Assembly (NCBI GenBank): GCA_048772705.1 | Contig: JBLWGC010000230.1 | Coordinates: 868,001 to 932,000 of the forward strand | DNA: 64,000 nucleotides | DNA from: Leidyana gryllorum EB-2025a | Taxonomy: Eukaryota; Protista; Apicomplexa | Direction: 5' to 3' | Shown: piece after piece, positions 57,224 through 64,000 of the stretch | Layout of the letters: the number at the start of each line of letters is the position of its first letter | How positions within the stretch are numbered: position 1 is the stretch's first letter | The notes under the pieces: model-generated | What the model was told of the DNA's origin: nothing | The model's input: the letters and a program-made list of their open reading frames with translations, nothing else | Databases searched by the model: none | Made by a program: the position numbers and the translations under genes

Positions 57224-57955
57224 ATGAGTGGCCTTATTTTGGGGGGAATCAAGGAGGAAAGGCAAGCGATCAGGTCACAGATACGCCAGCTTCACGTCGA
57301 TATTGAAGAATGCCTCAATCAACTCGCCACATTAAGAACCGAGCTCAGTCCGATAGGACAGCGGGAGATCCAATCATTGACTGATGAAGCCTTATCCAAT
57401 TTTGAGTCCATCGCGACTCAATCTGTAGCCAACGCTAGGCAGTTTCTACAACAGGCAGTCGTCGCCAATCAAAGACTACTATCCCATTCCGAGGCGACGA
57501 CCGACTACGCTCAAGCCAGACGCTTACAAGACATTACCACTACTCTACAATCGCGCTTCACTACCCTCTCGCAGGCGGTCCAACACCTTCTTGACGAACG
57601 AAGGGCACTCCAACTGCTCACCCTCGAGAGCGGGGCGCGTGGAGGCAGACATGACGCGAGTGTGCACACACTCATAAATCAGGAAAGAAGCGCTCTGGAC
57701 TCGAGCATTGATATTATAAATGAAAGCCTGGCAACAGCCAAGGCGAGCTATACTAATATGACGCAACAAGCGGGCCGGTTGCGTTCAGTAGGACGACGGG
57801 CAGGTCGGATGGCTAGTGAGCTGAAAGACGTCAATGTTCTGATGGATAGGATAAAACGGTTGAAGCTGAAGCAGCAGATGATTCTTTTACTTGTGTTTGT
57901 GATCTGCATGACCTTTACATTGGTAATGATCTTCAGGAGAACTCTCGGATGGTGA
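57224..57955 (+). CDS. Tail-anchored Qb-SNARE (Gos1/GOSR-like), intronless
   Basis: Helical N-terminus, SNARE motif (ERSALDSS..MTQQAGRL..VNVLMDRIKRLK) and C-terminal TM. Confidence 0.75.
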   Translation: MSGLILGGIKEERQAIRSQIRQLHVDIEECLNQLATLRTELSPIGQREIQSLTDEALSNFESIATQSVANARQFLQQAVVANQRLLSHSEATTDYAQARRLQDITTTLQSRFTTLSQAVQHLLDERRALQLLTLESGARGGRHDASVHTLINQERSALDSSIDIINESLATAKASYTNMTQQAGRLRSVGRRAGRMASELKDVNVLMDRIKRLKLKQQMILLLVFVICMTFTLVMIFRRTLGW

Positions 57956-57974
57956 TCGGAAAAAAAATTTGCGC

Positions 57975-58682
57975 ATGACTGGAGACCGCCACGGTCCGAG
58001 AGGCTCAGGTTCGAGTCATCAGTCTCGATGGAGCTATTGTGAGGCCATGAAGCATCAGTGCACTTCAGGGCATATTCATGCGACGCCTCACAAGCCAGTG
58101 GTGATTAACATTTGCACGCATGAAGGCCGAGAAGAGAGCCGCTCAATGAACCGTCAGAGGGAATCGAATCACAAGACCATAGATGTACGACACAGAATAT
58201 GTAGCTGCGAGAGTGAAGCCCTTCCGACAAACCATCTCCGGCGCTGCGCGGGTGGTTCCCACGGCTGCAGTGGTTGTTGGTCCCCGACCGGCAGTACCCA
58301 GCAGTACATGTGTCATTGTCCCCAGCCTGTCCCAATGGCATCATCGTGTTGTCAGGGAGGCCCGGTTATGGGTTCAAGCGGCATGCCGGCAGGTCAGTTG
58401 GCGGTGTCAGATCTTGTTGGACCAGTCATTCCTTCTTTGATGGGTGGTCAGCCGGGTCATCAGAACGTGTCATACATGCCGGCGCCGATGGTTGCGTCGA
58501 CCCCGACAATGGCCATACCGATTAAGAAGGCGTCTCGGCGTAATTTCGGGCCAACAGGGTACGTACCACTGCAGACGGGTTTGTGGGGGATAGGGCAGCA
58601 TCCGCGGCCGATGATGGGAATGGAGCAGCCACAACAACAACAGCCATTAGTTCATCTTCATCATTACCACCATTATCATTGA
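57975..58682 (+). CDS. Hypothetical low-complexity Cys/Pro/Gln/His-rich protein
   Basis: Open frame of about 235 codons filling the gap between neighbours; ends QQQQ..HLHHYHHYH. Confidence 0.5.
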   Translation: MTGDRHGPRGSGSSHQSRWSYCEAMKHQCTSGHIHATPHKPVVINICTHEGREESRSMNRQRESNHKTIDVRHRICSCESEALPTNHLRRCAGGSHGCSGCWSPTGSTQQYMCHCPQPVPMASSCCQGGPVMGSSGMPAGQLAVSDLVGPVIPSLMGGQPGHQNVSYMPAPMVASTPTMAIPIKKASRRNFGPTGYVPLQTGLWGIGQHPRPMMGMEQPQQQQPLVHLHHYHHYH

Positions 58683-58708
58683 TGGAATAAAGGTTTTTTG
58701 TATGCCTG

Positions 58709-61422
58709 ATGGGCGAGGATGTTCAACAACAACTGCTGAAGGATGCAGCACATCTGAATTCTAACAGTAGACTGACTATACTTTGCCGTTTCGCTGGGCA
58801 GTCGGAGCTATATCAGTTCGACAATAGAGTTGACTGGAAGACTATAAATGGTCACTTGTGGCAGACATGCCGGGCGGCCAGTCCTGATGCGTTTGGAAGC
58901 TTAGCTGGCTATGTTGTCCAGGAAGACTGGCAATGTCAATTTCGAGATGCGAACGGGGTCAATATACACCCCACTTGTTTGGAGAACGGAGCCGTCTATG
59001 ATGTGTCCTTCATTCACCGGCCTACATTTGGAGTTGTCACCGGATCCAAGGACGCCGCCTCGCCCCACCACGTGAAAAGACGACGCGAGAGCAGTCGGAA
59101 GCGCTCCTCATCCGAACCGCGATTGTCACCGGTCAAGTCAAAACGCGCTCGGTGCGCTCTTCTTCGACCCGAGCAGGGATTGTATATCAACTGGGAGTCG
59201 GACGAAGAAACTGAATTGCTCGTGGAACCCCCGACATCCCTCCCTGAGGCATCTCACCTTAAATCCAAACCTTCACCACCTCCAGACGTCACTGACAAAT
59301 CCTCGGCGGTGCCCAAATCGCATAGATATTCCGAACGTCCGAGACGTGGCTCAGCAGCCCCATCTCTCAGGCACCGCCCTCCCAACGAGAAGGAAGACAC
59401 TACCACACAAGCAGAAGATCCAAAGAAGCGCTTGTCAAAGAGAAAAAGTCGCCGTCGAACCATTCAGGAGCCCATCACTCACGAAGAAGATCCATCCGTT
59501 TCCACATTGTCAACACATCCCGCCGCCAGTCTCGTTCCCACTACAGCGACTGACCAAAAAGTAGCCAACACCGCTGCCGAAGCCGACGCCGAAGCCGAGG
59601 CAGAAGTTCTTCCGGCCACCTTAGTCACCACCCCGACCCCCCACACTGCTGTCAATGACAGAGGAGGTGCTCTTGAGGAGGAGGGGCCGCGAGATCACCA
59701 ACTCCCGCCGCTGGAAGACCCGACTGACGGTATCATTGAGATTGCTTCAACTGCGAGCCCCGCCACCACTGCCAGCCCCCAGTTACCATTACCACAGACG
59801 ACGCTTCCTCCCCCGTTTCAAGAAGACTTTACCACTACCACTGACACCAGCTATCCCAGCGACCCTCCCTCCTCTGGGGTCCAATTCACCACTGAAATGG
59901 TGAAGCCCACCACGGCCCAGCCACTGCCGAGTCCAAACTTGACCAGAATCCTCAGTGAAGTGGCAGGGAGTCCAACCAACACTCTGACCAACAGAATCCT
60001 TCAAGAAACGGCAGCTTCGAGAGTGCGGGCTGAGAGAAATGAAAAGCGCGCGAGTGACAGCACACACGCGGGGCCACCAGCTGCAGCTCCGGTCACAACT
60101 GTCACAGCCGACCCGAAATCGGCGGTGACGGTGACAATGGAACCCCACAGTCCCACAGCGACTGCGTCTCAGCCACCACCACCACCACAAGTTGAGTCCT
60201 CGGCTTCGCAACCGGAGAGTGCCAGTTTCATCCTCGCTAAGCCGTGTGTGGCGGCAGGCGACACTAACGTCACCACCCTCACTGGGATATCGGACGATGA
60301 CGAAGGAGACGACGTCCCGTTGATGATGAGTCGGCGTGGATCGATCACTTCGACGACGAGCGCACAGCGTCAGAGTCAAAAAGCTCCACCCCCACCTGTT
60401 GGCAAAGTGAAGGCGGTCAAACCCGGCGGCGCAATGTCGTCGTCTACGACCACTGATGGCAGACGAAAGGCGCTCCAAAGACGAGTTTCTTCCAAAGCGC
60501 CTCGAGGGAAGGAGAAGGGCAGCTCGAGTGCGTCCAGTGTCCCGACAAAGAGTCGAGACAGCACACAACCTGCGCGAGGTGGTAGGTGGACTAATGGTGA
60601 CATTCGGAATTGCATGTCTCTCGGTCAGGTCCGCGATCTAAGGTGGGGGTGGGGAAGGCTGCGAATCAGCCGCCCCAAGAAAAGCACATTCCGTCATCGC
60701 AGGACGACAATGACACAGAACCCGAAGACCACTCGGGCGGCCGAGGCCGGCGAGCGTCTCAGCGGGGAGGGGCGAGAGACACCGCGCCGCCGTCCGTCTC
60801 CACTGGTGACACAACAACAACAACAGAGGCCCCCAAAGACACCAGCGAGCGGATGGTGGAAGCAGAACCCCACTTCGCGACGCCTAATGGCGATAGACCA
60901 CCACCTCCGCCGGGCACGCCGCCGTCGGCAGTGAAGGAGGGCGCGATAGCCGCCGAGTTGCAGATTCCCCCGCCTCCTCCTCCTCCTCCTCCTCCTCCCC
61001 CCTCTGAGACAGCCTCTACCGCACAGGCGACGGGGGCAACTACTTCTTGTTCGCCGGCCCCCCCTCCGGCTACAGAAGTGGCACAACAGCAGGTTAACGA
61101 AGAGTGTTGTTCATCGTCTGTGTCGTCTTCACAGATGGGGTTGAGCACTTCGTCAATGACTGTGGGGTATCCGGTGGAGATGGGTTTCTTCAGGGCTACA
61201 GGCTTTCGGGACACAGTTTCTGAGAGCTTAGCTGAGCATAGTAAGGAAGACCGGTGTGGTGGGAGGAATGGTTCATCAACACAGGAGGGCACGGCAGCAA
61301 CAGTTGGCCAACGTCAAGGGGTGCGAGGCACGGAGGGATTGTTATCCACCAGCATTGGGGAGGCCATCGCATTCGGGCCGAAGGTTCAGTGGTGGCTGAC
61401 GGATACCAAAAAGGAGAGCTAA
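58709..61422 (+). CDS. Large mostly disordered Ser/Thr/Pro-rich protein with a small N-terminal globular domain and basic NLS-like clusters
   Basis: Long ORF from 58709; a GT-AG intron at about 60582-60628 shifts it into the poly-Pro frame ending at 61422; KRRRESSRKR and KKRLSKRKSRRR clusters. Confidence 0.65.
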
Positions 61423-61563
61423 GTAGTTGTCAAATGTTCTCGCTCTTGAAGCACAAACGCCACCGGCAGTGAATCCGACTGAGGGGAGTGAGGGTTATGG
61501 TGTGTGGTACCCCGTCTCAAGGCATAGCACAGAGAAATTTTTGCAGAGGACCCTTCGAGCAGG

Positions 61564-63327
61564 ATGGACCCCAGAATTGAGGCTCGCAAGAAGGAGTTCA
61601 AAAAGTCATTTGAAGACCCACGGAGAAAGCGCGAGGATGAGCAGGTGCAGATCCGTCGCGCTGCCCGCGAGCAGCACTTAGCCAAGAAGCGTCAGCAATG
61701 TGTAAGTGTGGCTTGTCAGTGGAGGTGCTCCACTCCATTCTTGCGCATCGCAGATGATGGGCGGCGACACCTTCAGTACTGGCCAGCCTGGTGGGGAGCC
61801 CAATGTTAAGGTGGAAGACCTGCCAGTTTTGGTGAAGGCGCTGTATATGGATAATCAAGAGACCATTTTCGAGGCTGCTAAGGCCATCCGGAAGCTCCTG
61901 AGTGTTGAGAACTGCCCACCTATTGAGGAGGTAGTGAACAGCGGAGTCATTCCCAGGCTCGTTAGCTTCCTCCAATGGGACAATCTCCCCCTGCTGCAAT
62001 TTGAGACGGCTTGGGCTTTGACAAATATTGCCTCTGGGAACCAACAGCAGACGGCTGCCGTCCTGGAAGCTGGAGCTATCGACGCGTTTGTGCGCTTGCT
62101 GAACAGCCCTACCCCCGAGGTGCGGGAGCAAGCCGTTTGGGCCCTCGGCAACATTGCCGGAGACTCCCCCGGCTTTCGCAATAAAGTGCTCGAGGCCGGC
62201 GCTCTCCCCCTTATCCTCAAAGAGCTCAGCGAAGCCGACCTGCCGCACACCAAGGCGAACATCGTGCGCTACGGCACCTGGACTCTGTCCAACCTGTGCC
62301 GTGGCAAACCGGAACCGCCCCTGCCTATGGTGTCTCCGGCTCTTCCAGTTCTCCGCCAACTGCTCTACGCTTCCGAAACTGATATCCTCACCGACGCCTG
62401 CTGGGCTTTGAGCTACCTCTCCGACACCCAGGAGACCAACGACGGAACCCGCATCGACGAGGTCATCAACTCTGGTGTGTGTGCCCGACTGGCGGAGCTC
62501 CTTGGACACTCTTCTTACCTCGTCCAAACTCCCGCACTGAGAGCCGTCGGAAACATTGTCACCGGTGAGTCGTCAGACGCTGTCGGAACTTCCGAGAATT
62601 CCTTTCTTTGTTCATTCACGCAGGCAACGACATGCAGACCCAAACGATGCTGGGTTTCAACATCTTGCCTCGGCTCCGCGCTTTGCTGGACTCCAATAAG
62701 AAAGCTATCAAGAAGGAGGCGTGCTGGGCAATCAGCAATATAACGGCTGGAAACCGCGAGCAGATTGAGGAGGTGATTTGCGCCGGCATTATCCCTGATT
62801 TGGTCCGTCTGCTGCAAACTGGCGAGTTTGATGTCAAGCGAGAGGCTGCTTGGGCGATCTCTAATGCTGCTTCCGGCGGCAACGTTCGCCAGGTGAGTCC
62901 TTCACGTAGCCCCGGAGCTGCTCCCACTCTCTCTATTACAGGTGGAGGCTTTGGTGGAGGCCGACTGTCTCAAGCCGCTGGTCGAGTTGCTGGAGGTCAA
63001 TGATAGCAAGGTCGTGAATGTAGCGCTCGAAGCCATTGAGAACATTCTCAAGACCGGAAAAACTCGCCAAGAGGAGGAAGGTCTCTCCGAGAACCCATAC
63101 GTGGCTTGGTTGGAGAGGGTAAGTACTTTCTTTGGCCGTCGCCAACTGCTCTTTCTCAACACTCATCGCTTCAGGCTGATGGATTTGAGAAGCTCGAACG
63201 GCTCCAATACGTTAGCGAAAGGAGTAGCATCCACAAGACGGCCGTGAAGATCATTTCTCAGTATTTGGAAGTTGAAGGGGACGAGCCAGTGACGGATTTC
63301 AATCTTCAGTTCGGCACCCGGATGTAG
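61564..63327 (+). CDS. Importin alpha (karyopherin alpha), multi-exon
   Basis: IBB domain (RRKREDEQVQIRR..LAKKR), ARM repeats LQFETAWALTNIASG, VREQAVWALGNIAGDS, WTLSNLCRGK, DACWALSYL, KEACWAISNITAG. Confidence 0.97.
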
Positions 63328-63904
63328 ACTCACTCACTCGATCGTCCAGCAAGATTCATCTCCCCTCTTCTCAATCAGCCTTCCTTCCCCCTCCTTCCTA
63401 CATGGTGAAAAAACCAAGCCTATGTACACGTGCTCAATGCATCCTCAAAGTAGGGACGAATTTCTTGCTCAAGTTGGCCGATAGTCAGTCAGTCACTCTG
63501 TCTGGCCACCAACACATTCTCTCTCTCGGGGGGGCATCGACGCCACCGTCTCTCTCCCTCTCTACTGTCTCTCACCACACTCAAAGTTCTCAGACTTCTC
63601 TCACGACCACCACCACAGAGTGAGTGTGACCAAGTGGAAGGGGGGGCGGGCTCGCTGGATGGTACGAAAAGAGGCTGCTGAAGACTACTCACTCAGTCCC
63701 CCCACTTCCAAGCATCTATCTAAGACTTTCGATGCCTTCACTCCGTTGTGCGTGTGTGTGTTGGTTGGTGTGTGTGTGGAGGGAGGTGGTTCCATCTCAA
63801 TCTCTGTCTCTCTCTCCAAATTTTCCGTGCGCCACAGGGGGAGGAATGTCATTCTCTTGTGTATCCAAAGTATGAGAGAGTGTGGGGGAGATATGATATG
63901 ATAC

Positions 63905-64000
63905 TTAGTTGCTGTCGCGGATGTACGCAAGGAATTCGTCCCAATCGATAACACCGTCCCCATTCTGATCTATTTTTGATATCATTCGTTCGACATCCTC
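63905..64000 (-). CDS. C-terminus of an EF-hand protein (CDPK- or calmodulin-like), partial; absent from the ORF track
   Basis: Reverse strand reads EDVERMISKIDQNGDGVIDWDEFLAYIRDSN*, a canonical DxNGDGxIDxxE loop. Confidence 0.85.
   Translation of the reverse strand, partial: EDVERMISKIDQNGDGVIDWDEFLAYIRDSN

Noticed and set aside
60610-60934. Overlap of two long plus-strand ORFs as a programmed frameshift
   Set aside because: Explained by a GT-AG intron at about 60582-60628.
61598-62527. 309-aa minus-strand ORF
   Set aside because: Antisense shadow of importin alpha.
1-64000. Prokaryotic origin, mobile elements, rRNA/tRNA
   Set aside because: Spliceosomal introns and eukaryote-specific genes occur throughout; no transposase, RT, integrase, terminal repeats or recognisable rRNA/tRNA were seen by eye (tRNAscan and Rfam not run).

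Overview
Eukaryotic, intron-containing (mostly ~40-60 nt GT-AG introns), GC-balanced and extremely gene-dense window. It most likely comes from an apicomplexan or related alveolate (gregarine-like is an inference): there is an ApiAT/LAT3-type amino-acid transporter, a mannitol-1-phosphate dehydrogenase, a P/U-type cyclin and a CDPK-like EF-hand C-terminus. About 35 protein-coding genes can be read. Housekeeping genes: MRS2/CorA Mg transporter, RFC small subunit, histidine phosphatase, Zn alcohol dehydrogenase, SR splicing factor, Clp1, proteasome alpha5, UBLCP1, PAN2, SKP1, elongase, IGHMBP2-like helicase, RPL37a, RPAP1, Gos1-like SNARE, importin alpha. There are also several orphan secreted or surface proteins and a tandem array of four intronless GT43 glycosyltransferases. 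No rRNA, tRNA, CRISPR or mobile element was recognised. The most unusual signals are: (1) a PAN2 deadenylase with no WD40 domain but its own PAM2-like motif, possibly PAN3-independent; (2) the four-gene GT43 array; (3) bacterium-style ATGA stop/start overlaps, head-to-head ATGs only 5-43 nt apart and overlapping convergent stops, suggesting polycistronic or overlapping transcription; (4) three enzymes that could together form a mannitol cycle; (5) rare long TGCA-rich introns in regulatory genes. Exon boundaries were inferred by eye; no database searches were run.
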